The notes under the pieces were generated by a model that was not told the origin of the DNA, made no database searches, and saw nothing but the letters and a program-made list of their open reading frames with translations. Source: Candidatus Udaeobacter sp. (lineage in GTDB: Bacteria > Verrucomicrobiota > Verrucomicrobiia > Chthoniobacterales > UBA10450). From it: a DNA stretch of 64,000 nt. A program made the position numbers and the translations under genes. The stretch lies in assembly GCA_036278715.1 (NCBI GenBank), contig DASUKN010000105.1, forward strand, positions 6,042-70,041. The letters are read 5' to 3'. This document shows positions 1 to 9,898 of the stretch, one piece after another (position 1 is the stretch's first letter; each line of letters opens with the position of its first letter).

Positions 1-773
1 GGAATGGCAAAACCCAGGCCCCGATTCATTCCATTGATCAGCGTGTTCATGCCAATCACTTTGCCGTCGATGTCGCACAGCGGTCCGCCGCTATTTCCCG
101 GATTAATCGACGCATCGGTCTGTATATAATCCGAGATGGAATAGCCGCCGGTCTGAAGCAATTTGCTTCGGCCCTTTCCACTAACCACTCCGTAAGTAAA
201 TGTGTAATCCAGCTTGAACGGCGCACCGATCGCGAACGCAAATTGTCCCACGCGCACTGTATCGCTGTTGCCAAGCTGAACGACCGGCAAATCTTTTCCC
301 TCAATTTTGATGACCGCGATATCCGTCCTCTCGTCGGCACCGACCACTCGCGCTGGAAATTCGCGGCCGTCTTGCAGTTTCACGTCGATTTTGTCTGCGT
401 CCTCGATCACGTGCACATTCGTGAAAATGTACCCGTCGGGCCGCACGATGAATCCTGAGCCTTCAGTTTGAACCGATCGAGGCGCACCGGGATTTTTACG
501 CGGTTTGTTGTCATCCGGCGGCCCTTGAAAGAACAGATCGTCGAGTGGCGAGCTGTCGCTGACTTCGCTTTTCTTGGAAGTCTCGATGATCACAACACCC
601 GGAGCGACGGTTTCAAAGACTTTTGCGAACGCGTTATTCAATTGATGAACCACATCCTTGCCTGCTTCAGCCGCCGATGGATTCAGAGGACTTGCACCGC
701 TGGGCACAACCTCAGGCTGCGCCGCAAACGAAGTACTCAGCGCAACGCAGAGGGCGAAAATGGACAAACGCAT
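1..773 (-). CDS. htrA: Trypsin-like serine protease, HtrA/DegP (Do) family; N-terminal part only, the 3' end runs off the window
   Basis: Absent from the ORF track because there is no stop in the window. Minus-strand translation from ATG (rc of 771-773) gives signal peptide MRLSIFALCVALSTSFAAQ. The catalytic motifs follow: GSGFIV..TNVHV (His), DIAVIKI (Asp), TDASINPGNSGGPL (Ser). Confidence 0.85.
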   Translation of the reverse strand, partial: MRLSIFALCVALSTSFAAQPEVVPSGASPLNPSAAEAGKDVVHQLNNAFAKVFETVAPGVVIIETSKKSEVSDSSPLDDLFFQGPPDDNKPRKNPGAPRSVQTEGSGFIVRPDGYIFTNVHVIEDADKIDVKLQDGREFPARVVGADERTDIAVIKIEGKDLPVVQLGNSDTVRVGQFAFAIGAPFKLDYTFTYGVVSGKGRSKLLQTGGYSISDYIQTDASINPGNSGGPLCDIDGKVIGMNTLINGMNRGLGFAI

Positions 774-948
774 AGGTTGGAATTTTGACAGTGGCCAACA
801 TGCAACGTTCAACTCACGCCGTCCAATTACGCTTCCTCCAATCGAAACCGCCCAGTGGCCTCCTGACTCAAGGACGAACTCGCAGTCCCCCCGCAGTCGT
901 GCCAAATTCCTTGACGAAAATCGTATAATCGGCGGCCCAGCCTTCAAA

Positions 949-2244
949 ATGCGCACCCTCCACAGGCGATTCTTCCTGCAAGCAGGCTTTGCAGCGCTCG
1001 TTTTGATTTTTCTGTGGGCAATCGTCATCGGGCCGGAGCCGACGTCGCGCATCACCATTTCCCCGGACGACCTCGTGCGCGCTGTTACGATTCAGCGCGA
1101 TTCGCTTATCGATTTATGTTTGATGGAACGCGTGGATCCAAACGGGCGCGATGCACAGGGCCGCACGCCATTGTTGATCGCCACGTCACAACAGGATTCG
1201 AAAACCGCCCGCCGGCTGCTCGATGCCGGAGCGGCGGTTGATCTCGCCGATAAAAAAGGATTTACGCCAGTGATGGCAGCAGCAATGCATGGAGATCCGG
1301 AGATGTTCCAGTTGCTCGTGGCGCGCTCAACAGATTTACATCCGGAAAAACCATGTGCCGACGGTCAAGACCTTCTGAGCTTTGCGCTCGATGGCGGACA
1401 TCCGGAGATCATCAAAACAGTGGAGCAGCGTTTGCCGATGATGCCGGATTGGACAAACAGCACGCGGCGCGCTTTGTCCAGGGCGCTGCAAGCCGGGAAA
1501 AACGACGAAGTGCGGTTGCTCCTCAGCAAGAGCTCGACGCCTCCCACGCCCGAAGGCAAGGACGTGCCGTTTCTCGCGTACGCAATCGCGAGCAGCAATC
1601 TGTCTCTGTTTACGACTCTCTTGAATTGCGGAGCAGATCCCAACACGGTTCTGCCATCCCGTTGTGACAAGGATTTCCTGGCGATGCTCCCGAATGGATT
1701 GCGCAGTTACATCCAGGAAGACCGCGGCGTAACCATGCTGATGCTTGCCTCGGGCCTGGGCCAGATCGATTACCTGAAGACCCTGATCGACGGGGGAGCG
1801 AATCGGACGCGCCTGACGACCAGGAATAAAATGTCGGCGCTGGATGTCGCCGCGGAGACCGGCCACTGGCGATCCGCGCAAATTCTTCTAGGCGGCGGAC
1901 CGGCGCCCGACAAGTTGCGAGTCGAGATTTCGTTGGCAATGCAAAAGGTTGCCCTCGTCAGGGACGGTGTTCCGATTTATCAGTCGCGATGCTCTACCGG
2001 TCGGGCAGGATATTCCACGAAGCGCGGCGAGTTTGTCATCACCAATAAGGAACGGAATCATCGTTCCACGATTTATCATGTCGAGATGCCGTATTTCATG
2101 CGCTTAAGCTGTCTCGATTTTGGCATGCACGCCGGTCATGTGCCTAACTACCCGGCGTCGCACGGTTGCATCCGCCTGCCGGAAGACACCGCGCGCAAAT
2201 TCTTCTCCGAAATTCCAGTCGGCACTGTCGTAACCGTCCAGTAG
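949..2244 (+). CDS. Ankyrin-repeat protein with C-terminal L,D-transpeptidase (YkuD) catalytic domain
   Basis: ORF 658..2244. Start moved to ATG 949 (MRTLHRRFFLQAGFAALVLIFLW, TM/signal) because the upstream part overlaps htrA on the other strand. Ankyrin-like repeats (GRTPLLIA, GFTPVMAAAMHGD, MSALDVAAETGH). C-terminus has HAGHVPNYPASHGCIRLP, the YkuD His/Cys motif. Confidence 0.8.
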   Translation: MRTLHRRFFLQAGFAALVLIFLWAIVIGPEPTSRITISPDDLVRAVTIQRDSLIDLCLMERVDPNGRDAQGRTPLLIATSQQDSKTARRLLDAGAAVDLADKKGFTPVMAAAMHGDPEMFQLLVARSTDLHPEKPCADGQDLLSFALDGGHPEIIKTVEQRLPMMPDWTNSTRRALSRALQAGKNDEVRLLLSKSSTPPTPEGKDVPFLAYAIASSNLSLFTTLLNCGADPNTVLPSRCDKDFLAMLPNGLRSYIQEDRGVTMLMLASGLGQIDYLKTLIDGGANRTRLTTRNKMSALDVAAETGHWRSAQILLGGGPAPDKLRVEISLAMQKVALVRDGVPIYQSRCSTGRAGYSTKRGEFVITNKERNHRSTIYHVEMPYFMRLSCLDFGMHAGHVPNYPASHGCIRLPEDTARKFFSEIPVGTVVTVQ

Positions 2245-2340
2245 GTAGCGCGGGCGTCTCGCTTGCGAATCGTACCAGCCGGAGCCATACGCTACTTTCT
2301 TGAATCCAAACCCCACGTTTGCGCATCCTAATGGAACATC

Positions 2341-3042
2341 ATGCAAACAGATAATGTCGGCGCATCATCATTCCCGGTAACGCCTGAGCAACGGGCTTTT
2401 CCCACGAAGATTTCGCCCGCAACATGGGCTGGACTGGCCATCTCGCTTTTCGCCATGGTCGCCATCCGCCAGCTGTTCGTGTTCTTTGTACCTGAAACCA
2501 CGTTTATCTCAGCCCTTCTCAAAGAAGCGCTGATTTGGGTGAGCGCGCTGGCTCTCATTGTAATCGTTAGGCGAGGCGAACATTTGTCGTTGCGTTCCAT
2601 CGGAATCGGCACCGCGCGCTGGTGGAAATCCATCTTGTGGGGATTCATTATTGCGATCGTGTCAGCGCTCGTGGTCGGCGGGCTGGCTGCCGTCACCCAT
2701 TACGGGCACGGTCCCGGCTCCGCCGCGTTCGAGAAACTGCCGCTTTGGTTGATCACCGCGATCGTTTTTCGCGCCGGAGTGGTGGAAGAATTATTCTATC
2801 GCGGCTACTCGATCGAACGTTTGCGGTTGGTTGGTCTGGGCCGTTTCTGGTCGGTAGCGATTCCGCTGGTAATCTTTTCCCTTGGCCATTGGTCAGGCGG
2901 CGCGGCCAACATTCTCATCGCGTTGGCCGCAGGCTTAATCCTGACGGGATTCTATCTATGGCGCCGCGACCTGGTCGCCAACATGATCGGGCACGGATTG
3001 GTAGATTTTGTCGCGAACGTTTTGCCTGCATTGTTTTCCTGA
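2341..3042 (+). CDS. CPBP family intramembrane glutamic endopeptidase (CAAX protease-like)
   Basis: Multi-pass hydrophobic protein with EELFYRGY (EExxxR), FSLGHW (FxxxH) and HGLVDF motifs. Confidence 0.8.
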   Translation: MQTDNVGASSFPVTPEQRAFPTKISPATWAGLAISLFAMVAIRQLFVFFVPETTFISALLKEALIWVSALALIVIVRRGEHLSLRSIGIGTARWWKSILWGFIIAIVSALVVGGLAAVTHYGHGPGSAAFEKLPLWLITAIVFRAGVVEELFYRGYSIERLRLVGLGRFWSVAIPLVIFSLGHWSGGAANILIALAAGLILTGFYLWRRDLVANMIGHGLVDFVANVLPALFS

Positions 3043-3226
3043 ACCGCTGCGTCCGGGAGCGACACTACCCGCGGGTGTAGGCGGCTCTCGATCCGCGCAT
3101 GCAGGAGCCGTCGGGCCGTTCTTCGCTCGCCGTACCTTGGCAAAGCCGGCGCGATCACGAACAAACGGCGCTGCCGGTCCGATTCGCCTTGACTGACCAA
3201 TCCGTCCTTGGCCAGCATGGCACCCC

Positions 3227-3625
3227 ATGAACTCAAGAAGAGATAAACTGAACGATTACATCCGGCTCAACGTGGTGGCGCTATGTTTCGGGATATCCGT
3301 GCTGATGGCAACGACGTCATCCGCGCAACCGACGTCCGCGCACGAGCCATCCGGGCAACAGCAAAAAGCCAAGCTCGAGCAGATAGCGCAATACCTGAAT
3401 CTCACGCCCCAACAGAAGGACAAGATTCTGCCAATTCTGGCCGATGAGGCACCGAAGGTCCGGGCGATTAAAGAGGATCCTTCACTTTCAAGAATGCAAC
3501 GAGCGCAACGGATTAAGGCACTTCATCAGCAAAATGATCCACAGATGAAGGCAATTCTTTCACCTGAACAGTATCAAAAGCTGCAGGCGATGCGGCACAA
3601 GTCGATCTCCGACGCTCTTCACTGA
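3227..3625 (+). CDS. Small secreted Spy/CpxP-like protein (LTxxQ-type motifs)
   Basis: Signal peptide, then helical Lys/Gln-rich sequence with LTPQQKDKI and LSPEQYQKL repeats. Confidence 0.45.
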   Translation: MNSRRDKLNDYIRLNVVALCFGISVLMATTSSAQPTSAHEPSGQQQKAKLEQIAQYLNLTPQQKDKILPILADEAPKVRAIKEDPSLSRMQRAQRIKALHQQNDPQMKAILSPEQYQKLQAMRHKSISDALH

Positions 3626-3897
3626 TTCGACCTAACGGGATCGAGCTGTATCCGGTTCAGTGGCCGCTGGCATGATCTGATGGCACAACACTTCGAGAAG
3701 GCCACTCGTGTTGCGTCACGAAACGCCTAACGAGACCATTACCACCACGCAGAGCTCCTGTTCGAGTTCATTTCGCCAGCAGATTCTACTACGCCTTGTC
3801 TCCATCTCGCAGATCAACGATACTCTCGCCCCCGGGTATTTCCGTCAGTTGATGGCATGCGATCACGACGTACAATCACGAATGGGGAGGATAACCC

Positions 3898-4446
3898 ATG
3901 CGTCATGCGATTTGTTGGGCGGTTTTCGGGCTGCTCTTTTCGAGCGGAACGCTGTTTTCGCAACCCCATGGTGTCTCGCGGCCATCGGCACGACCGCGTG
4001 TGAAAGTGGTTGCGGTGCGTGGGTTCATCCCGCGTCCGGCGGTGTTCCTTCCGTACTGCATGCCCGTCACAGTTCCCTATCCTGTTCAATACCCTGATCC
4101 TGTTCCGTATCCCGTCTGGAATTTCATCCCGTCATCGCCCGCATACGTGTTTGTCGGCAGCGCTTCGCCTTCGCACCCGCAGTTGGTGTTTAAGGACGGA
4201 ACGACGTACACGGTAACTGACTACTGGCGCGTCAACGATCGGCTCAACTTCATCACGACCGAAGAGGGTGGCACGAAGTCAGTGCCGCATACGGCGCCGT
4301 TTGAAGACCTTGATGTGCAACGGACCACTGACGCGAATACAGCGCTAGGTTTTCGATTCGTGCTAAGGCAGGAACCGATCGAGCAATGGCTGGAGCACCA
4401 TCGGCAACACGCGCCACGGCGCCACCGGAACGACACGGCTGGCTAA
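3898..4446 (+). CDS. Hypothetical secreted protein, Pro-rich linker
   Basis: GGAGG Shine-Dalgarno about 8 nt upstream of the ATG. Signal peptide MRHAICWAVFGLLFSSGTLFS. PVPYPV repeats, then a C-terminal globular part. Confidence 0.5.
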   Translation: MRHAICWAVFGLLFSSGTLFSQPHGVSRPSARPRVKVVAVRGFIPRPAVFLPYCMPVTVPYPVQYPDPVPYPVWNFIPSSPAYVFVGSASPSHPQLVFKDGTTYTVTDYWRVNDRLNFITTEEGGTKSVPHTAPFEDLDVQRTTDANTALGFRFVLRQEPIEQWLEHHRQHAPRRHRNDTAG

Positions 4447-4508
4447 CTGCGGCATCAATGGACAACCGGCTCCCTCATTATTGTTGTTAGACCAGGCGAG
4501 CAAGAGCG

Positions 4509-4991
4509 ATGCATGGACGCGCAAAGGATCTAATCAGTCAGCTTCATCTGCGGCCCCATCCCGAGGGAGGACATTTCCGGGAGGTTTTCCGATCGTCGCA
4601 CAAGGTGCAGCCGCTGGATGAGAGGTCGGCGCGTTGCGCGTTAACAACGATTTACTTTTTGCTTGCCGAGGGCCAGCACGGGCGCTGGCACCGGGTCGGA
4701 TCCGATGAGGTCTGGCATTTTTATGAAGGAGATCCACTGGAGCTCTATTGGATCGATGACCAGGACATGGTGCATCGAGAGATGCTCGGGACGGGTACTG
4801 CAAACGTTGAGGCGATGTGCGTCGTCCCGGCCGGGTGCTGGCAAGCATCAAGGCCCCTCGGAAAGTACAGCTTGCTGGGATGTACCGTCGCTCCAGGATT
4901 TGACTTTAAGGATTTCGAGATGATCTCCGAGGGATCAGCACTGCTCGGACACATCACATCTCTGGATCCAGCCCTCGCCGAACTCGCCTAG
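4509..4991 (+). CDS. Cupin superfamily protein, DUF985 family
   Basis: N-terminal LHLRPHPEGGHFREVFRS is the signature of DUF985 cupins; size (160 aa) fits. Confidence 0.7.
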   Translation: MHGRAKDLISQLHLRPHPEGGHFREVFRSSHKVQPLDERSARCALTTIYFLLAEGQHGRWHRVGSDEVWHFYEGDPLELYWIDDQDMVHREMLGTGTANVEAMCVVPAGCWQASRPLGKYSLLGCTVAPGFDFKDFEMISEGSALLGHITSLDPALAELA

Positions 4992-5159
4992 AGGTAAATG
5001 CATGATGCTATCGCTCATCGTGTCCCGCACAGGCCGGGAAGAAACCGACAAGAATTTTTGTATACGAAATGCACTCTTGGAAATTGCAGCCATGGGAAGA
5101 GTTTGCGAAGAAAGCTAAAGCTGCCGGGCAATAAACCGGCGGCTCACGATTTTGGCTTC

Positions 5160-5405
5160 ATGAAAACTAAAGTGGTTTTGATGGTCGCTATGGTGACTGG
5201 CCTGCTCTCTTTGGTTGTGGCTGGCTATTGCTTCTGGCTGATGAACGTTCCGCTTTCCTATAGATGGGTGCCCGTCGTCATAACCGGTTTTCTCCTGGGG
5301 ATTTTCGTGTTTGTCATCTCGTTGATCACTTCATTGATCGCTCTCATACAATTGCGTCGATTACCGCGTGCGCCTGATCCTCCGCAGATCAGGTCTATCA
5401 CCTAA
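5160..5405 (+). CDS. Small membrane protein (hypothetical)
   Basis: Internal ATG of ORF 4998..5405 (MKTKVVLMVAMV...). Three hydrophobic helices; the upstream part of the ORF looks non-coding. Confidence 0.4.
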   Translation: MKTKVVLMVAMVTGLLSLVVAGYCFWLMNVPLSYRWVPVVITGFLLGIFVFVISLITSLIALIQLRRLPRAPDPPQIRSIT

Positions 5406-5430
5406 CCAGCCAGCTAAACCGCGACTGACC

Positions 5431-5835
5431 ATGCCAAAAGAATACATTAACCCCGATCACCTTTTCCCCAGCTTGCCACATGGATTTTCCCAGATCGTGG
5501 TCGCCACCGGAAAACGAATCGCGTTCATCTCCGGACAAACGGCCTGGGATGAAGGCAAGAACATTGTTGGCGGAGACAGCGTTCTCGAGCAGGCAAGGCA
5601 AGCGTTCCGTAACGTTAGAAAGGCAATGGAAGCGGTTGGCGGCACGTTAACGGACATTGTCGCTCTGCGAATATACGTCGTGGATTATCAAGCAGAGTGC
5701 GGAACAGCGGTAGGCACAGCTCTACGCGAATGTTTTTCTACAGAGAATCCGCCGGCAAGTACATGGATCGGTGTCCAGGCCCTGGCAGATCCCGAATTTT
5801 TGATCGAGATCGAAGCGACAGCGGTCCTGGACTGA
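5431..5835 (+). CDS. RidA/YjgF/TdcF family reactive-intermediate deaminase
   Basis: Start moved to ATG 5431 (MPKEYINPD). Carries ISGQTAWDEGKNIVGGD..QARQAFRNVRKAMEAVGGTLTDIV..RIYV, typical of the RidA family. Confidence 0.8.
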   Translation: MPKEYINPDHLFPSLPHGFSQIVVATGKRIAFISGQTAWDEGKNIVGGDSVLEQARQAFRNVRKAMEAVGGTLTDIVALRIYVVDYQAECGTAVGTALRECFSTENPPASTWIGVQALADPEFLIEIEATAVLD

Positions 5836-5935
5836 GTCTTTCCGGCCTAACGAATAGACGATTATCGCGTTTGCAATCAAAGCCGAGGTTAACGACCCGC
5901 TCGCTAAGACATTCGCGTTTAGCGAGCAGAAGACG

Positions 5936-6274
5936 ATGTACGGCGGCAAACAGGTTGCCAAAGGCGATACAATCTTTTTGTTCGCAAGCGAGAACCAAGG
6001 CGGTCCGGGTCTCATCGCCAGCGGTATCGTGACCTCGGTCCAACCAACCGCGAAGATGAAGGGAATCGCCCGGCAAGCGCCGCGGGTGAGCATCACTGTC
6101 AAATGCACCGCGCTCGCGAAGCGGCAGCTAGGGCGAAGCGAGCTGAAAGGTTTTTCCAACTGGAACGACGGCCGGCCGGAGACGGAGCTCAATTTCAAAT
6201 TATACCGTCAAGCCACGAACAAAATCATTGGCATCTCCGATGAAGCCACAGCGTTCCTGCATAAGTTATTTTGA
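5936..6274 (+). CDS. Hypothetical protein
   Basis: 112-aa ORF with no recognised motif. The frame stays open and protein-like for about 28 codons upstream without a canonical start (see findings). Confidence 0.4.
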   Translation: MYGGKQVAKGDTIFLFASENQGGPGLIASGIVTSVQPTAKMKGIARQAPRVSITVKCTALAKRQLGRSELKGFSNWNDGRPETELNFKLYRQATNKIIGISDEATAFLHKLF

Positions 6275-6426
6275 TCTCTTCAATGAAGAGCAATTTGGCC
6301 TGACAATTTTTGATTGATTAAATTTTTTGCGTTCTGGTTTTATGACCGCAAAAAAGCTCACTCCCGAGCGCCGTCTCGACAATGGAGTACGGTAATCACG
6401 GGAGCGAGTTTCGGAGGAGATAGCCG

Positions 6427-7032
6427 ATGATCCAGCCATTGATTGTTTTCGCACCGGGTGCGGGTGCGCCTTCCTCGCATCCGTGGATGCAAAATTGGAA
6501 ACGGCGTCTATCCGAAATCGGCGAGGTAGAAACTTTCGACTACGATTACATGCGGGCGGGGCGAAAACGGCCTGATTCGTTGCCGCAACTGATCGCCGCA
6601 CATCGGGCGGCCCTCGCCGCGGCGCGAGAGAAACATCAACCGGAGTCAACATTGCTGATCGGCAAGAGCATGGGCGGGCGAATCGGTTGCCACCTGTCGC
6701 TCGAAGAAAAAGTCGATGGACTGGTTTGTCTTGGCTATCCGCTTCGCGCCATGGGCGATCGTACAAAACTTCGCGACGAGATTTTGCGCGCGCTCAGTAC
6801 GCCTATCCTGTTTGTTCAAGCCACCCGCGACGCGCTATGTCCGCTGGACCTTCTCCAGCGGGTCCGAGCCGGGATGAAAGGGCCAAACATTCTGCACGTT
6901 GTGGAAGGCGGCGACCACTCCCTGCGTGTGGCGAAGCGCCAGCTTCACGCGGCAGGTGAAACGCAGGAAGATGTAGATGAAAGAATATTCCACGCGATCA
7001 CTGCGTTCGTTCGCAATCTGAAATCTACGTAA
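6427..7032 (+). CDS. Alpha/beta hydrolase (dienelactone-hydrolase/KANL3-like family)
   Basis: GGAGGAG SD upstream. GKSMGGR nucleophile elbow (GxSxG), later D and H (GGDHSL). About 200 aa. Confidence 0.7.
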   Translation: MIQPLIVFAPGAGAPSSHPWMQNWKRRLSEIGEVETFDYDYMRAGRKRPDSLPQLIAAHRAALAAAREKHQPESTLLIGKSMGGRIGCHLSLEEKVDGLVCLGYPLRAMGDRTKLRDEILRALSTPILFVQATRDALCPLDLLQRVRAGMKGPNILHVVEGGDHSLRVAKRQLHAAGETQEDVDERIFHAITAFVRNLKST

Positions 7033-7075
7033 GCACTCGGACACTTTAAAAATTCTCGTTAATCGGAATGCGCGG

Positions 7076-7106
7076 CGGCGATTTGTGATCGCCGACTTTC
7101 TATTTT
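7076..7106 (+). terminator. Possible rho-independent terminator after the hydrolase gene
   Basis: cggcgat-ttgtg-atcgccg stem-loop followed by a T-rich tract (actttctatttt). A second hairpin, cggcgct-cacag-agcgccg, lies at ~7114-7132. Confidence 0.3.
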
Positions 7107-7247
7107 GGATGTTCGGCGCTCACAGAGCGCCGTTACAAAAGAGTCAAAGCAACGCGGGCACGGCCATGTGTCCTCGCATCGCTTTTTGAATGGCATCGTG
7201 TCACTATTTTGCTGCGATGGATCAGAGCGCATGAAAAGGAATGTGAC

Positions 7248-8120
7248 ATGAGAAAAACCGAGCAAGTTTCTGTCCGCTCTGGCCAGGTCGAGTTCGTAAA
7301 GGTCGGTACGGATGCGTGGAGATGGCGCGATGTCTATCGCTGGCTGCTCGGCCTGCGATGGCCGCAGTTCGCGGCGTTCGTTGCTTCCCTTTACGTCGGA
7401 CTCAACCTGTTGTTCGCCCTGCTTTACAGTTTACAACAGGACAGCATTGCTGGAACGACTGGTGGGAGTTGGTTCTATGATTGCTTTTTTTTCAGCGTTC
7501 AAACACTCGCCACGGTCGGCTACGGCCACATGTATCCGCAGACGCTTTACGGACACATCGTCAGCACTGTCGAGATCATGACCGGGCTATTTTTGCTGGC
7601 GGTGATGACGGGTTTAATCTTCGTCCGGTTTTCGCGCCCGATTGCGCGCGTGGTGTTCAGTAATTGCATCGTCATTGCGCCCTTGAACGGCAAGCCCACA
7701 CTGATGGTGCGAATCGGCAATGAGAATCAGCACAGCATGGTCGAGGCTGAGTTCCGAATCATGTTCTCGCGCGACGAACCGTTACAAGAAGGTGGGGATT
7801 TCCGTTACTTTTACGTTCTCAAGCTGCATTTCGATCGGGTAACCCTTTTTCCTGCAGCATTGACATTGCGCCATACAATCGATGAGAAGAGTCCGCTTTT
7901 CGGCGCAACGGCTGAAACTCTCACCAACTGCCGCGCGCTGTTTATGGTGTCAGTGATTGGCATCGATCCGGTGATCGCAGCGTCGGTGCAAACCCAAAAG
8001 GATTATTCCTGGCGCGATATTCAGTTCGGCCATCGCTTCGTTGAGATCTATACCGACCACGGTGAGGGCCGGCTTACCGTGGATTACGGAAGGCTCCACG
8101 ACACCGAAGCCGCGGAGTAA
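7248..8120 (+). CDS. Inward-rectifier potassium channel, KirBac family
   Basis: Start moved to ATG 7248. Two TM helices flank the selectivity filter TLATVGYGHMYP. Kir-type cytoplasmic beta-rich C-terminal domain. Confidence 0.85.
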   Translation: MRKTEQVSVRSGQVEFVKVGTDAWRWRDVYRWLLGLRWPQFAAFVASLYVGLNLLFALLYSLQQDSIAGTTGGSWFYDCFFFSVQTLATVGYGHMYPQTLYGHIVSTVEIMTGLFLLAVMTGLIFVRFSRPIARVVFSNCIVIAPLNGKPTLMVRIGNENQHSMVEAEFRIMFSRDEPLQEGGDFRYFYVLKLHFDRVTLFPAALTLRHTIDEKSPLFGATAETLTNCRALFMVSVIGIDPVIAASVQTQKDYSWRDIQFGHRFVEIYTDHGEGRLTVDYGRLHDTEAAE

Positions 8121-8146
8121 AGTTTCGCCACGCAGGCGTCTGTTCA

Positions 8147-8389
8147 CTACTCGGGCAGGAAAAGAATCATCCGGGCAAATTGCGCCATCCCGGTGACCAG
8201 TTGGAACACGATTCCGGCGAAAAACGGCCAGAACGCGGCGAGCACTGCGGTGTTGTACAATTGCAAAAGCATCGCTGCGGTGCCGAAGGCGCTGAACACA
8301 AAAAAAATCACCCGCGTGAGGCGCTCACGCTGGGCATTTGCCAGATTCAAGCGGCGGAACATTCTCATAATTCCCGTCATGAACGACAT
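8147..8389 (-). CDS. Small membrane protein (hypothetical)
   Basis: 80 aa with two hydrophobic helices. Overlaps the upstream ORF by 13 nt. Confidence 0.35.
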   Translation of the reverse strand: MSFMTGIMRMFRRLNLANAQRERLTRVIFFVFSAFGTAAMLLQLYNTAVLAAFWPFFAGIVFQLVTGMAQFARMILFLPE

Positions 8390-8643
8390 CGTGACAACAA
8401 TAAGATGCCGCTACACCACCTCCATACCCCTGGTGGCATGGGTTCAATCGTTACTAACACCAATCCCAACATGGAAAGAGCCAGCGGCAGAATGGAATTC
8501 GCCAGCAAAAGACGTAACCGCAGTTTGTCGACGCCGGACCATTCGTGAACAGCTTCACGGCGAAAGACAACTACCACGCCCGCGAAACCGGCGAGTGCGA
8601 CTGCTATCTGCGCGGCAATACCAAGCGCTTCGCCTGCTTCCAT
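8377..8643 (-). CDS. Small membrane protein (hypothetical)
   Basis: 88 aa with two hydrophobic helices. May be one gene with 8147..8389 if there is a frameshift. Confidence 0.35.
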   Translation of the reverse strand: MEAGEALGIAAQIAVALAGFAGVVVVFRREAVHEWSGVDKLRLRLLLANSILPLALSMLGLVLVTIEPMPPGVWRWCSGILLLSRCRS

Positions 8644-8683
8644 GGTCGATGTTTAACAAAAAGGCGACGATTCGATAACTTTC

Positions 8684-9076
8684 TCAAAGGCCCAACCTCG
8701 CAAACTCCGCAGGCGACAAAGTCGTCGGCTGGAGATAAACGTGATAAGAATCCCACATCGCAGTAAAGATGTAGGTTGCGCCCGGGCGCACGTTCACAGT
8801 AAGCGAGCTCGGCTCACTCATGATGATGTTCGGCACGGCCGAAATTGTCAGGAGATGGCGCCCGGCGGAAATCGGGTGGTCATATTTACGACCCTGAACA
8901 ATATTCGCGACCGTTCGGCCATCGATCTTGAGATTGGCGGCAACGTTCCAGCCGAAATTTGCTACCCTGATCACAATGAGTCGACCACTTGGTTCGGTGG
9001 CGCCGTCGGCTGACACTGCAGAGAAAAAAACAAGAATCAGAGAAAATCTGGCAATATAGCTGCATGCGGTGCTCAT
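8684..9076 (-). CDS. Hypothetical secreted beta-rich protein
   Basis: Signal peptide MSTACSYIARFSLILVFFSAVSADG; no motif assigned. Confidence 0.45.
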   Translation of the reverse strand: MSTACSYIARFSLILVFFSAVSADGATEPSGRLIVIRVANFGWNVAANLKIDGRTVANIVQGRKYDHPISAGRHLLTISAVPNIIMSEPSSLTVNVRPGATYIFTAMWDSYHVYLQPTTLSPAEFARLGL

Positions 9077-9115
9077 GAATTCGTTATAGCACGATCACGA
9101 TCGCACCCGCACGCG

Positions 9116-9835
9116 TTAAATCCGCCAGAGCGAGCGATGCGTGCCGAACTCGGAGATTTCCCCGGAGGTACGTCTGCTGACGTAAATGGTAATGGTAATG
9201 ACGCTAACGAACGTGCCCACGAATACCATTGCTACAAACCACGACGGAATATGCCCGATGCGTAGTGCGTGATAAAAGGATGACACGTCCTTGATCGGCG
9301 CGGTGGCGTGCAGAAATACTTTTGTTAGCCACGCCATCAGGATCAGGATGAAAATGAACACGTAATTGCGTTTCATCCGGCGCCCGATGGCCTCCAGCTT
9401 TGTGATTTTGAAGCTGGGCAAAATCAGATCTTCGCATACCAGTTTTTTCCATTCGCCTTGAAGCAGTTCGCGATTTTCCATGACCATCGGGACAAGAAAA
9501 TGCGCTTCGAGCATGCGAATGCGCGCGCGAAAAGCATCATAGAAACGGTACCTGCGCGATTCGATCCAGAGCAGCACGGCAACGATCGCCAGGTTAAAAA
9601 AGAAAATAATGTGCGGCACTTCGCGGGTGGAAAAAGCGATTGTAATAATGGCAGTGCTGCTGGTGATGGCCCAGTTGGTGGTCACATCCAGTCGTTGCCG
9701 CCAAACCATGCTTCGCCCCAGCTCGCCCCGATAAAAGTGCGACATTGCGTTGACATAGCCCGGATCATAAATGCTCCGCTGCAACGAAACTGTCCGTTCC
9801 TCTTTCGGCGCTGCCGCTGTATCGTGAGTTGCCAC
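9116..9835 (-). CDS. DUF2270 family integral membrane protein
   Basis: HFYRGELGRSMVWRQRLDVTTNWAI matches my recollection of the conserved DUF2270 N-terminal block. Four to five TM segments. Confidence 0.6.
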   Translation of the reverse strand: MATHDTAAAPKEERTVSLQRSIYDPGYVNAMSHFYRGELGRSMVWRQRLDVTTNWAITSSTAIITIAFSTREVPHIIFFFNLAIVAVLLWIESRRYRFYDAFRARIRMLEAHFLVPMVMENRELLQGEWKKLVCEDLILPSFKITKLEAIGRRMKRNYVFIFILILMAWLTKVFLHATAPIKDVSSFYHALRIGHIPSWFVAMVFVGTFVSVITITIYVSRRTSGEISEFGTHRSLWRI

Positions 9836-9898
9836 AGCTTGCTATTTAACTGGATAACTGCGTTTACTGCATAATCCAATAAATCTCTCCACACCCTG

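Noticed and set aside
658-948. N-terminal 97 codons of ORF 658..2244.
   Set aside because: This stretch overlaps the well-supported htrA coding region on the opposite strand. The internal ATG 949 is followed by a hydrophobic signal/anchor.
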